A stretch of DNA of 25,036 bases from Actinomycetota bacterium (GTDB lineage Bacteria; Actinomycetota; CALGFH01): contig DASWDC010000054.1 in assembly GCA_036395655.1 (NCBI GenBank), positions 1 to 25,036 on the forward strand, given 5' to 3'. Shown here piece after piece: positions 6,594 through 17,931 of this stretch (its first letter is position 1; the number at the start of each line of letters is the position of its first letter). The translations under genes and the position numbers were made by a program. The notes under the pieces are model-generated. The model ran no database searches, was not told where the DNA came from, and saw nothing but the letters and a program-made list of their open reading frames with translations.

Positions 6594-8162
6594 ATGCCAG
6601 CACCAGTACCGGGCAGTCAGCCAGCGCCCCGGCGGGTCGTGCTCTCCGGCGATCCGCTCACCATCGACGACGTGGTGGCGGTCGCCCGGCAGGGCATCCT
6701 CGCAGAGCTGGGTGATACCGGACGCAAGCGTATGGCCGCCGCCCGCGAGGTGGTCGAGCGGGCCGTGGTCGAAGGCCGCCGCGTCTACGGCGTTTCGACC
6801 GGGTTCGGTCTGCTCGCCAACACCCCCGTCGCCCCGGGCGATCTCAAGGAGCTGCAGCGCCGCATCGTCCTGTCGCACGCCACCGGCAGCGGCGACCCGC
6901 TGCCCGCGGAGGTGGTCCGCGCCCTGCAGCTGCTGCGCGCCCGCACTCTCACCCAGGGCTTCTCCGGGGCCCGCCCGGCGGTGGTGGAGGCGTTGCTCGC
7001 CCATCTGGACGCCGGGATCACCCCGGTCATCCCCGAGCACGGCTCGGTCGGCGCCTCCGGCGACCTCGCCCAGCTTGCCCACCTCGCCCTGCCGCTGCTC
7101 GGCGAGGGCGAGGTCGAGCTGGATGGCCGGCGCATGCCCGCCCTCCAGGCGCTCCGCCAGGCCGGGCTGGAGCCGCTGCGGCTCTCCTACAAGGAGGGCC
7201 TGTCGCTGGTCAACGGCACCGAGGGGATGCTGGCGCTCGCCTGCCTGGCGATCGCCGACGCCGAGGCGCTGGCTACCGCCGCCGACCTGGTCTGCGCGCT
7301 GTCGATCGAGGGGCTGCTCGGCACCGACCGGCCCTTCCAGCAGCGCCTGCACGAGCTCCGGCCCCACCCGGGCCAGGCCGCCAGCGCGGCGAACCTCCGG
7401 GTGCTGCTGGCGGGCTCGCCGATCCTCGCCAGCCACCGCCACTCCGACCATGCCATCCAGGATGCCTACTCGCTGCGCTGTGCCCCGCAGGTCCACGGCG
7501 CCTGCCGCGACACGATCGCCTTCGCCCGCCAGGTCGCCGAGCGGGAGCTCGGCTCGGTCACCGACAACCCGGTCGTCTTCGCCGACTCGGGCGACGTGGT
7601 CAGCAACGGCAACTTCCACGGCGAGCCGCTGGCCTTCGTGCTCGACTACCTCGCCATCGCCCTCACCGAACTGGCCAGCATCAGCGAGCGCCGCGTCGAC
7701 CGGCTGCTCGACCCCGCCCTCAACCACGACCTGCCCGCCTTCCTGACCCCGGACCCGGGGCTCAACTCGGGTCTGATGCTCACCCAGTACACCGCCGCCG
7801 CGCTGGTGAGCGACTGCAAGGTGCTCGCCCACCCGGCCTCGGTCGACTCGATCCCGACCTCCGGCAACCAGGAAGACCACGTCTCGATGGGCTGGACGGC
7901 CGGGCTGAAGCTCCGCCGCGTGGTCGCGAATGTCCGCCGCGTCCTCGGGGTCGAGGCGCTCTGCGCCGCCCAGGCCATCGACCTGCGCGCGCCGCTCCAG
8001 CCAGGGGTCGCCGTGGCCGGCGCGCTTGCCCGGTTGCGCCGCGACGTGCCGCCGCTGGACTCCGACCGCTACCTTGCTCCGGACATGCGGGCAGCCGAGG
8101 TGCTGATCGAACGCGGCGAGCTGGTGGCCGCGGCCGAACAGGCAGTCGGACCGCTGCGGTAG
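6594..8162 (+). CDS. hutH: Histidine ammonia-lyase
   Basis: YGVSTGFG, the MIO-forming [36 protein letters not shown] and [11 protein letters not shown]. Start set by the leaderless promoter (track start 6486). Confidence 0.95.
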   Translation: MPAPVPGSQPAPRRVVLSGDPLTIDDVVAVARQGILAELGDTGRKRMAAAREVVERAVVEGRRVYGVSTGFGLLANTPVAPGDLKELQRRIVLSHATGSGDPLPAEVVRALQLLRARTLTQGFSGARPAVVEALLAHLDAGITPVIPEHGSVGASGDLAQLAHLALPLLGEGEVELDGRRMPALQALRQAGLEPLRLSYKEGLSLVNGTEGMLALACLAIADAEALATAADLVCALSIEGLLGTDRPFQQRLHELRPHPGQAASAANLRVLLAGSPILASHRHSDHAIQDAYSLRCAPQVHGACRDTIAFARQVAERELGSVTDNPVVFADSGDVVSNGNFHGEPLAFVLDYLAIALTELASISERRVDRLLDPALNHDLPAFLTPDPGLNSGLMLTQYTAAALVSDCKVLAHPASVDSIPTSGNQEDHVSMGWTAGLKLRRVVANVRRVLGVEALCAAQAIDLRAPLQPGVAVAGALARLRRDVPPLDSDRYLAPDMRAAEVLIERGELVAAAEQAVGPLR

Positions 8163-8235
8163 GGAGCCGCCGCAACGCCACAACGACGGCAAGTGCGCAG
8201 GACCGAGTGCGCTGGCAAGGCAAGGAGGAACCATC

Positions 8236-10557
<2,322 letters not shown>

Positions 10558-11350
10558 TCGCGCGGCTGCGGGCGCGCACCCCGCTCGACCTGGTGCCGAC
10601 CTTCCTCGGCGCGCACCTGATCCCGCCGGAGTTCGCCAGCGACCGCGCCGCCTACCTCGACCTGCTGGAGCACGAGATGCTCCCGGTCTGCGCGCCGCTG
10701 GCCGAGTTCGTCGACGCCTTCTGCGACCGGGGCGCGCTCACGGTGGAGGAGTCCCGCCGGGTGCTGCGGGCCGGCAAGCGCCACGGCCTGGCGCTGAAGG
10801 TCCACGCCAACGAGCTGGGCCCCACCGGCGGCGCCTGGCTGGCCGCCGAGCAGCGCTGCGTCTCCGCCGACCACCTGCTGTTCCTCGACTCGGCCGAGGC
10901 AGCCGCGATGCGGCGGGCCGGGACGGTCGCGGTGCTGCTGCCGGGCACCAGCTTCCTGCTGAAGACCGGTCGGGCCGCGCCGATCCAGACCCTGCGCGAC
11001 GCCGGGACCACCGTCGCGCTCGGCACCGACTGCAACCCGGGCACCTGCTACAGCGAGTCGATGCAGCTGATGATCGCCCTGGCCTGCGTCCACGGCGGCC
11101 TCACCCCCGAGGAGGCGCTGCTCGCCGCCACCGACGGCGCCGCCAAAGCGCTCAGCCGAGCCGGCCGCGCCGGCCGGCTCGCCCCCGGGTCCGCCGCCGA
11201 CCTGGTCGTCCTGGCCGGCCGCTCCTACGCCGACCTGGCCTACCACCTGGGCGTCAACCTGGCGCACCAGGTGGTCAAGGGCGGCAGGGTGGTCGCCAGC
11301 GACGGCCGCCCGGTCGCCCTCCTTGCCCCAGAGCCGGAACCGGCGGACTG

Positions 11351-12265
11351 ATGGGGCAGGATCTGTTCGAGAGCGTCCCCAATATTTCGGAGGGCCGGCG
11401 GGGCGCGGTGGTCGACGAGATCGCGGCCGCCTTCGCCGGGGCGCATCCGGACGTCCGTCTGCTCGACCGCTCCTCCGACCCGGATCACAACCGCTCGGTG
11501 CTGACGCTGGCAGGGCCTGGCGCGGCCCTGGTGGAGGCCGCGGTGGCCGGGGCGGCCGCGTGCGCCCGCCTGATCGACCTCACCCAGCAGGACGGCGTCC
11601 ATCCCCGTATGGGCGCCCTCGACGTGCTGCCGTTCATCCCGCTGGGAACCATGCGCTTGGTGGAGGGCGTCCCGCTGGCGCTGGCGGCGGGCCGCCGGCT
11701 GGTCGCCGAGGTCGGCATCCCCGTCTACTTCTACGGCGCCGCCGCGCGACGACCGGAGCGGGCGGCGTTGCCGCGAGTCCGCGGCCGCGGCTTCGAGGCG
11801 CTGCTGACGAGCGCTGCCAGCGACCCGGACCGCGCGCCCGACCTCGGCGGCCCGGCGCCGCACCCGACGGCCGGGGCGACCGCGATCGGGGTGCGCTCCT
11901 TCCTGATCGCCTACAACGTGAACCTGGCGAGCGACGACCTCGCGGCGGCACGGTCCATCGCGACCGCGGTCCGTGAGCGGGACGGCGGCCTGCCAGCGGT
12001 GCGGGCACTCGGCCTCGCCCTGCCCGGCCGGGGCCTGACGCAGGTCTCGATGAACCTGCTCGACTACCGGGTGACCCCGCCGGCGGCCGCCTTCGCCGCC
12101 GTCGCCGCGCTCGCCGCGCAGCGCGGCGTCGAGGTGGCAGAGTCCGAGCTCGTCGGACTGATCCCCGAGGCCGCCATCGACGGCGTCGACCCGGCCGAGC
12201 TCCGGCTCCGCGACTTCAGCCGGGGGCGCCTGCTGGAGTGGCGCCTCCGGCAGGAAATCGGGTAG
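11351..12265 (+). CDS. ftcD: Glutamate formiminotransferase (stand-alone FT domain, no cyclodeaminase)
   Basis: ESVPNISEGR, DPDHNRSVLT, HPRMGALDV, IAYNVNL and QVSMNLLDY. Translationally coupled to hutI (TGATG). Confidence 0.88.
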   Translation: MGQDLFESVPNISEGRRGAVVDEIAAAFAGAHPDVRLLDRSSDPDHNRSVLTLAGPGAALVEAAVAGAAACARLIDLTQQDGVHPRMGALDVLPFIPLGTMRLVEGVPLALAAGRRLVAEVGIPVYFYGAAARRPERAALPRVRGRGFEALLTSAASDPDRAPDLGGPAPHPTAGATAIGVRSFLIAYNVNLASDDLAAARSIATAVRERDGGLPAVRALGLALPGRGLTQVSMNLLDYRVTPPAAAFAAVAALAAQRGVEVAESELVGLIPEAAIDGVDPAELRLRDFSRGRLLEWRLRQEIG

Positions 12266-12369
12266 GAACACCCCGCGCGATTGGCGCTCTCCAGCCAGGC
12301 GTGCTCGAATGCGACTGGCGATATCGAGCAGCGACAGCGCAGCGACCCGGCCGTGGCGGGAGGAGAACG

Positions 12370-13527
12370 GTGAAGCGCGGAGAGGGCCTGTCGGGCCCGG
12401 GCAGTGGCGACAACCCCGAGTGGTTCAAGAGCCCACCACCGCTGCCTCGGGTGCCAGTCACCCGCAGGGCACCGGTCGCGCCCGCGACGGCGCCGCCGCC
12501 TGCCTCGACGGCGCCGCCGGCAGCGACCGGCCCGCTGGCCCTCCCTGACGAGCCGCCGACCGAGCAGCTTCCGCTGCCCGAGTCCGAGTCCATTGCCGAG
12601 CCCGGCGAGCCGGGCGGCCCCGTTGCGGCCGCCGCGCCGGCGGGCCAGCCGCGCGCGTACTGGTTCGGCCTGGCGGTGCTGGTTGTGGGACTGGTGGCGA
12701 TCATGTCGTCGCTGGCGACCCACGTGACCTCGATCGTCCAGACAGTCCTGCTGGCCACCCCGCTGCTCCTGCTCGGTGTGGGGCTGGAGCGGGTCGGCCG
12801 CGGGGTCGGTCGCGCCTCGCTGCGCACGCTCGGCGCCGTGGTGATCGTGGTGGCCGTGGCGAGCCCGGTGGCGCTGTCGCTCTCCCGGCCCGGCTCGCAG
12901 GTCAGCACCACCGTGGACGAGCAGGTCCCGGCGGGCGCCAGCAACGGGGCCCTGCACGTCACCCTCGGCGGCGGCCAGCTCCACGTCGGCCCGGGGGCTC
13001 CCGGGCTGGTCCGGGGCGAGCTGCTCAGCCCGGGGACGCCGAGCACCGAGGTCTCCACCAGCGGCAAGACCGCCGTGGCAGCCCTGGCCGGACCGCGCCA
13101 GCACGGGCTGCTCGCCCGCAACCGCGGCAGCGACTGGGACGTCCGGCTGGGCAGCGGCCTGCCATGGACGCTCAAGGTCGACGCCGGGCCGCTGACCGCC
13201 GACTTCGACCTCCGCCAGCTCAACGTCCAGGGCGTCGACCTCTCCTCCGGCATCTCCCGGGTCGCCCTGCGCCTCAACCAGCCGGCCGCCAGGGTCCCTG
13301 TCAGCCTGCAGGTCTCGACCGGGCTGCTCGACGTCTACCTGCCCAGGAGCGCCTCCTGTGAGATCCGGGTGACGGCCCCCGTGGGCGCTCTGGTCCAGAG
13401 CAACTTCGGCTCCCAGGGCCTGGTGTCCCAGGGAGGAGCGTGGCGTACACCGGGGGAGAGCGCGACCGCCACCTTCGTGATCGAGGTCCGCGTCGGCGCC
13501 GGCCGAGTCCGCATCCACCGCGTCTGA
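12370..13527 (+). CDS. Membrane protein: Pro-rich N-terminus, ~3 TM helices and a C-terminal beta-rich LiaF/DUF2154-like domain
   Basis: RBS GGAGGAG before GTG 12370. Hydrophobic block AYWFGLAVLVV...VIVVAVASPVAL. Repeated beta-strand/Gly units (LHVTLGGGQLHV, LKVDAGPLTADFDL, VRVGAGRVRI). The family assignment is by resemblance only. Confidence 0.6.
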   Translation: MKRGEGLSGPGSGDNPEWFKSPPPLPRVPVTRRAPVAPATAPPPASTAPPAATGPLALPDEPPTEQLPLPESESIAEPGEPGGPVAAAAPAGQPRAYWFGLAVLVVGLVAIMSSLATHVTSIVQTVLLATPLLLLGVGLERVGRGVGRASLRTLGAVVIVVAVASPVALSLSRPGSQVSTTVDEQVPAGASNGALHVTLGGGQLHVGPGAPGLVRGELLSPGTPSTEVSTSGKTAVAALAGPRQHGLLARNRGSDWDVRLGSGLPWTLKVDAGPLTADFDLRQLNVQGVDLSSGISRVALRLNQPAARVPVSLQVSTGLLDVYLPRSASCEIRVTAPVGALVQSNFGSQGLVSQGGAWRTPGESATATFVIEVRVGAGRVRIHRV

Positions 13528-13618
13528 CCCCCGAGCGGCCCAGCGTCCGGCGGTGTCAGGGGACAGCTGCTTGCTGGTGAGGCAAACTACGTAGAAAACG
13601 CGACTGGCTCGCTCCCTG

Positions 13619-13644
13619 TGAAACGTAGAAAATGCCCCACCGAC
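13619..13644 (+). promoter_or_regulatory. Candidate ECF-sigma promoter TGAAAC-N16-CGAC
   Basis: TGAAAC at 13619-13624 and CGAC at 13641-13644 with a 16-nt spacer. ACGTAGAAAA is repeated at 13589-13598 and 13623-13632. Confidence 0.35.
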
Positions 13645-13670
13645 TTGAAGTTGCCAACAGAGCGGACGTC

Positions 13671-14402
13671 ATGACCGACCAACCTCTTCCCAGCCTCCCG
13701 ATGACCGCGACCGTGGAGGGCGCCAATCCGCCGCCGGGCGGCGGTGCTTCATCCGAGGGCAGCGGCGGTGCCGGGCAGCGCCGCGGCAAGCTCGCCGCGG
13801 CGTTCTCCACCATGATGCTGCTGATCGGCGGCCTTGCCTTCGGCGCCTGCATCGCCCTGCTCGGCGGGTACGCCACCCGGCTCGCCAGCGAGGTCGGCGG
13901 TGGTGGCAACCCGGCCGCCGACGCCGTCGCGCCAGCTGCCCATGGGGCGGCCCATGGGGCGGCCAGTGGGGCGGCCAGTGGGGCGGCCAGCAGCGCCCTG
14001 AGCGACCAGGCTGCGATGACCGTGCCGGGCGACACCGCCTCGATCTCGCGGTTTGGGCGGGCCGCCGCCGACATCACCGTGCTCCACGTGGGCGTGGCCA
14101 TGGTCGAGTCGGAGCCCCTCGGGGCGCGGCCGGAGCAGGGCTTCTTCGTGGTGGTGAAGGTCAAGGTGGTGGCGACGGGCATCAGCTTCGACGTCAGCTC
14201 CTACGACTTCGACGTCCTGGAACCCGACGGGTCGCCGGCGCCACGGGCGACCCCGGTGACCGCTTGGAAGCCGCCGCTCTACGCCGCCAGGCTCAGCCTG
14301 GCGGGCAGCACCGGCGGGGCCCTGGTGTTCGACGCGCCCGCGCGGCATGGGCTGGTCGCCTACGCCCCCCATGGCGTGCCGCTGGTGGAGTGGCGGTTCT
14401 GA
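13671..14402 (+). CDS. Membrane-anchored DUF4352-like (Ig-fold) protein
   Basis: One TM helix (AAFSTMMLLIGGLAFGACIALLGGY), an Ala/Gly linker, and a C-terminal FFVVVKVKV...FDV...DG...RLS...GALVFDAP pattern. Start uncertain (13632, 13671 or 13701). Confidence 0.6.
   Translation: MTDQPLPSLPMTATVEGANPPPGGGASSEGSGGAGQRRGKLAAAFSTMMLLIGGLAFGACIALLGGYATRLASEVGGGGNPAADAVAPAAHGAAHGAASGAASGAASSALSDQAAMTVPGDTASISRFGRAAADITVLHVGVAMVESEPLGARPEQGFFVVVKVKVVATGISFDVSSYDFDVLEPDGSPAPRATPVTAWKPPLYAARLSLAGSTGGALVFDAPARHGLVAYAPHGVPLVEWRF
13938..13990 (+). repeat. 12-nt in-frame tandem repeat (4 units plus a partial)
   Basis: gcccatggggcg x2, then gccagtggggcg x2, then gccag; encodes (A[H/S]GA)n. Confidence 0.9.
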
Positions 14403-14467
14403 GCCGGTTCCGCGGGGACCCGTCGTTGATGGCCGGCGTTCATGGCATCGACGTTGCCGATGCCGCC

Positions 14468-14519
14468 TCGACAGGGATGGCGCCCCCGGTTATAGTGAGT
14501 AAGTCGAACATGTGTTCGA
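14468..14519 (+). promoter_or_regulatory. Housekeeping-sigma promoter with a perfect LexA (SOS) box just downstream of -10
   Basis: -35 TCGACA at 14468-14473, 17-nt spacer, -10 TATAGT at 14491-14496. TCGAACATGTGTTCGA at 14504-14519 matches the actinobacterial consensus TCGAAC-N4-GTTCGA. Confidence 0.85.
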
Positions 14520-14534
14520 CAGGGAGGTGCCCGC

Positions 14535-14870
14535 ATGTCCATGTTCCTGGCCCGGTTCGTCGCAGTCGTCGCCGGTGTCGCCATGATCACCCTCATCACC
14601 GGCAGCGAGCGCGCCCGCGACACGATCGGCCGCCACTCCCGCGCCGGCTGGTTCTACGTCCTGCTCGGCATCGCCGCGCTTGAGGTGGCGCTGTGGCGCG
14701 GCGGTTTCCATCTCATGGTGCGCACCCTCGGCGCCGGACTGCTGTTCGTCGTGCTGGTACCCGCCGTCCAGGTGCTGTTCGGCCTGATCGACGGCGTCTG
14801 GTCCTGGTCTCGGCGCCGTGTCGATCGCCGCACCCTCTACCGCGAGAGCGACAGCGTTCCCTGGCGCTGA
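14535..14870 (+). CDS. Small (111 aa) ~3-TM membrane protein, predicted SOS-inducible
   Basis: RBS GGAGG at 14523-14527, three hydrophobic segments and an Arg-rich tail. No family recognised. Confidence 0.75.
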   Translation: MSMFLARFVAVVAGVAMITLITGSERARDTIGRHSRAGWFYVLLGIAALEVALWRGGFHLMVRTLGAGLLFVVLVPAVQVLFGLIDGVWSWSRRRVDRRTLYRESDSVPWR

Positions 14871-14891
14871 CCCGCGCAGCCAAGCGTCAGC

Positions 14892-14927
14892 CCTGAGCAG
14901 GTTCCACCCTGGCAGATTCTGCTCAGG
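14892..14927. other. 9-bp inverted repeat (terminator or operator candidate)
   Basis: CCTGAGCAG at 14892-14900 and CTGCTCAGG at 14919-14927. Confidence 0.5.
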
Positions 14928-15013
14928 TATTGCGGTTCCCCGGCGGCTATGTGCTAATTGCGATACTCGCGCGTGGAGCGCTGCGTTCGGGGCTAAGGAG
15001 GGTGAACCGCTCC

Positions 15014-15574
15014 ATGGTACTGGTGTGGCTGATTGTCGCTGTGACCGCGTCGATCCTGCTCGTGTTCGTCGCCGGGGCGCCCAGCGGGTCCCAGACCATC
15101 GAGTTGATCGCGGTCGCCGCCGTGGTGATCGGCGGCCTGCGGTACCTGAGCCTTCGCCGCCTGCGGCTGCAGGCGTTCATGCATGTCAGAGAGACGATCA
15201 AAGCAGACAACCTGGAAGCGTACGTCCACCAACGCCAGGCGCTCCGCGGCGCCATCCGCAGCGCGCGGCGCGAGCGTCGGCTGGTGGCTCGATCCACCAG
15301 GCTCGGCACCTTCTATCCGCCGATCGCCAGCCGACCCGCCGACCCGGGCAACTACGTCAAGCTCCGCCTTGGCGGGATCGCCTCCCCCTGGGTTCGCGTC
15401 CAAGACGTCCGCGGCATGATCATCCGCTGGACTCCGTTCGTGCGCTCCCCGAACGAGGCCTTCCTCACCGAGCTGACCGAGGGTGTCGCCCACTTCTGGG
15501 GCGTCGACCCGACCGTGCCGATCCGCTCCAACCTGAACCTGACGGCCAAATCAGTCCAGTTCAGGCTTCCGTAG
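15014..15574 (+). CDS. Hypothetical protein with 2 N-terminal TM helices and a soluble C-terminal domain
   Basis: Open frame from 14930. AAGGAGG at 14995-15001 favours a start at 15002 or 15014. Two hydrophobic segments. Confidence 0.65.
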   Translation: MVLVWLIVAVTASILLVFVAGAPSGSQTIELIAVAAVVIGGLRYLSLRRLRLQAFMHVRETIKADNLEAYVHQRQALRGAIRSARRERRLVARSTRLGTFYPPIASRPADPGNYVKLRLGGIASPWVRVQDVRGMIIRWTPFVRSPNEAFLTELTEGVAHFWGVDPTVPIRSNLNLTAKSVQFRLP

Positions 15575-15637
15575 CGGAAACCGCGACCAAACGCCCGCAA
15601 GAACGCGCTGACGAGGCCCCGGTGACCGTGGGTCCCG

Positions 15638-15662
15638 CTCCCTGTCTTCCCCTTACAGGGAG
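15638..15662 (+). terminator. Hairpin downstream of the 15014-15574 gene
   Basis: CTCCCTGT-(9 nt)-ACAGGGAG; no U tract. Confidence 0.4.
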
Positions 15663-15731
15663 ATGGCCGTTGTCTCACCGGAGGCCTCGTCGTCAGCACG
15701 ATCGCATGCCGCCCCGGGCGCGTCAACGAAC

Positions 15732-15895
15732 CTGTCCCCAGGGTCTGTGGATAGTGCTGGGGACAACCTGACCTGCGCTGTTGATCATGGATCGGGAACT
15801 GTGGACAACCAGCGGGCGGCTGGGGACAGGGAGATGGACATTCGGTGTCCACTACCACGATGACCTGCCCCGCGCTCGCCAAAGCCTGTGGACAG
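15732..15895. promoter_or_regulatory. Cluster of DnaA boxes
   Basis: CTGTCCCCA 15732, TGTGGATAG 15746, TGGGGACAA 15758, TGTGGACAA 15800 (perfect TTGTCCACA), TGGGGACAG 15821, GTGTCCACT 15845 and TGTGGACAG 15887, all within 0-2 mismatches of TT(A/G)TCCACA. Confidence 0.75.
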
Positions 15896-15935
15896 AGAAA
15901 TATTTCTGTCACACCGGCGTGCCATACTCCCCCGG

Positions 15936-16466
15936 ATGGCCGAACCAACCACCTCGCAGCCGCCCGTCCGGGTGATCCGCAGCGCCCGGCGCCGCAAGAC
16001 CGTGACCGCCTACCGCGAGGGCGACACGGTCGTCGTCCTCCTCCCCGCCCGGCTCAGCCGGCGGGAGGAGGCGCAGTGGGTCGCCACCATGCTGCAGCGC
16101 CTGGAGCAGCGTGAGCGCCGCCGCCAGCCAGCGACCGACGAGACGCTGCAGCGGCGCGCGCTGCTGCTCGCCAGGCGCTACTTCGACGGCGCGGTCGAAC
16201 CGGCCTCGGTGCGCTGGGTCAGCAACATGCGCACCCGCTACGGTTCCTGCACCCCGGGGGACGGCACCATCCGCCTCTCCGACCGCATCGCCCCCTACCC
16301 GACCTGGGTGCGCGACTACGTGCTTGTCCACGAGCTGGCGCACCTCGCCGTCCCGGACCACTCCGCCGCGTTCTGGGCGCTGGTCGCCCGCTACCCGATG
16401 GCCGAGCGCGCCCGCGGCTTCCTGATCGCCAAAGGCCTGGAGGAACACGAAGCCGCCGATGACTAG
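15936..16466 (+). CDS. M48/DUF45 (YgjP-like) metallohydrolase family protein
   Basis: RSARRRKTV, RYGSCTP...IRLS, YVLVHELAHL and HSAAFW. Leaderless start: -10 CATACT at 15923-15928, then 7 nt to ATG 15936. Confidence 0.88.
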   Translation: MAEPTTSQPPVRVIRSARRRKTVTAYREGDTVVVLLPARLSRREEAQWVATMLQRLEQRERRRQPATDETLQRRALLLARRYFDGAVEPASVRWVSNMRTRYGSCTPGDGTIRLSDRIAPYPTWVRDYVLVHELAHLAVPDHSAAFWALVARYPMAERARGFLIAKGLEEHEAADD

Positions 16467-17767
16467 CCGCCGGCGTCCGGGCCCTCGGCTCGCGGCGGCT
16501 CCGCTTCGTCCTCGCCCGCGCTGTCGTCGCCGAGCAGGGCGCGCAGGCCCTCCTCCAAGCTGATCTCCTGGCCGCCGACCAGGCCGATCCGCTCCAGCCA
16601 GCGGCCGGGCGCGTCGAGCTCCTCGGGGGTCGGCAGGAAGTTGGGATGCGCCCAGATCCGGTCGAGTCCCTCGACGTCGGTGGCAGCCAGGACCTCGCGG
16701 CAGAACCGCTCGCCCCGCGCGACCGCGGCCTGCGACGGATCGACCCGCAGCAGCTGCGCGAACAGGGCATGCGCGCCGGCGGGGTCGGCGAAGCGGCGCT
16801 CCACCGCCGTCTCGATCGCCGCCAGGGCGGGCAGGCGCCCCTCCAGCACCCGGCCGCTGAGCCCCACCGCGTACCCGCCGGTCAGCGCCAGCAGCACGGC
16901 GAGCCGCTGGGTGGCGGCCTGGAGCGCCGGGCTTGGCTCGCCGAGCAGCCCACCACCCTCGAGCATCTCCTGCAGGTTGTCGAGCCGGTTCAGGTCCTGG
17001 AGCTTCTCCATCAGCGCGGCCGGGTCCGGCTCAGTGAGCCTCGCCATCTCCTCCATCAGCTCGCGCAGATGGCCGGGCAGCCACGCCACCCCGGCGAACA
17101 GCCGCTGGCGGACCACCTCGTGGCAGGCGAGCCAGAGCCGCAGCTGGTCTGTCGGGACGTCGCTGGCCTGCTCGAAGGCGTCCACGTTCTCGATCAGCAG
17201 CACCACCGTGGCCGGATCGGCAGGCGGGATCGCCAGGTCGTACTGGCCGAGCACCAGGCGGGCGAGCTGGCCGACCACGCCGCCGACCTGCAGGCCGGCG
17301 ATCAGGCTGCCGAGCCGTCCGACCATCCCGGCCATCTCCGGCGGCACGCCAGCCTCGGCCCCGAGGCCCGGGGCCGAGCCGGTCGCCTCGGCCACGCGGC
17401 GGGCGGCCGGTTCGACCAGGGGTGCGACCGACGGCAGCACCGCCTCGGCCCAGTCCGGCCGGCTGCTCAGCCGGGCGGTGAGGGGACGCGGCGGCGCCGG
17501 CAGGCTGCCCACCGGTTCGACCCACAGCTCGGCGAGGCGCAGACGCTCGTCCCAGGCACGCTGCTCGGCCGGCTCGGGAACGTACGCGGGGCTTGGCAGC
17601 GCCGGCGTGGCCCCAAGCGCCTCGGCCCCGGCGGCCGTCGCCACCGCCACCTGGCGGGCCAGCTCCCAGTTGACGGGGCCCGACTCACCCGCCAGCAGCC
17701 GCGCGAACTCGCGGAACAGGGGGATCCTGCCGAAGAACTCCCCGCCCTCACCTGGGTTGGCACTCAT
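16463..17767 (-). CDS. DUF2342-type 'zinc-dependent metalloprotease' family protein (degenerate Zn motif)
   Basis: GPVNWELARQVA, QVGGVVGQLARLVLGQYDLAIP and IWAHPNFLPTPEELDAP. Leaderless start: -10 TAGGAT, then 7 nt to ATG 17767. Its stop overlaps the convergent M48 stop (CTAG). Confidence 0.85.
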   Translation of the reverse strand: MSANPGEGGEFFGRIPLFREFARLLAGESGPVNWELARQVAVATAAGAEALGATPALPSPAYVPEPAEQRAWDERLRLAELWVEPVGSLPAPPRPLTARLSSRPDWAEAVLPSVAPLVEPAARRVAEATGSAPGLGAEAGVPPEMAGMVGRLGSLIAGLQVGGVVGQLARLVLGQYDLAIPPADPATVVLLIENVDAFEQASDVPTDQLRLWLACHEVVRQRLFAGVAWLPGHLRELMEEMARLTEPDPAALMEKLQDLNRLDNLQEMLEGGGLLGEPSPALQAATQRLAVLLALTGGYAVGLSGRVLEGRLPALAAIETAVERRFADPAGAHALFAQLLRVDPSQAAVARGERFCREVLAATDVEGLDRIWAHPNFLPTPEELDAPGRWLERIGLVGGQEISLEEGLRALLGDDSAGEDEAEPPRAEGPDAGG

Positions 17768-17931
17768 GCACCCAATCCTACTCGCGCAACCCCCGCCCCA
17801 AGCCGCGCCAAGCCGGTGGATTGTGTCCTGGTTCACCGGTGATGCTCCGGTCATAAGGGTGGCAGGAACGGTAGCCTGAAGCCGACGGCAAACGGCGTTG
17901 GCAAGCCGATGGCATCGGGGCTCCCCGAGAC

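Noticed and set aside
15732-15907. Calling the DnaA-box cluster oriC
   Set aside because: No dnaA/dnaN neighbours and only a 12-bp AT-rich tract; kept as a non-origin cluster candidate.
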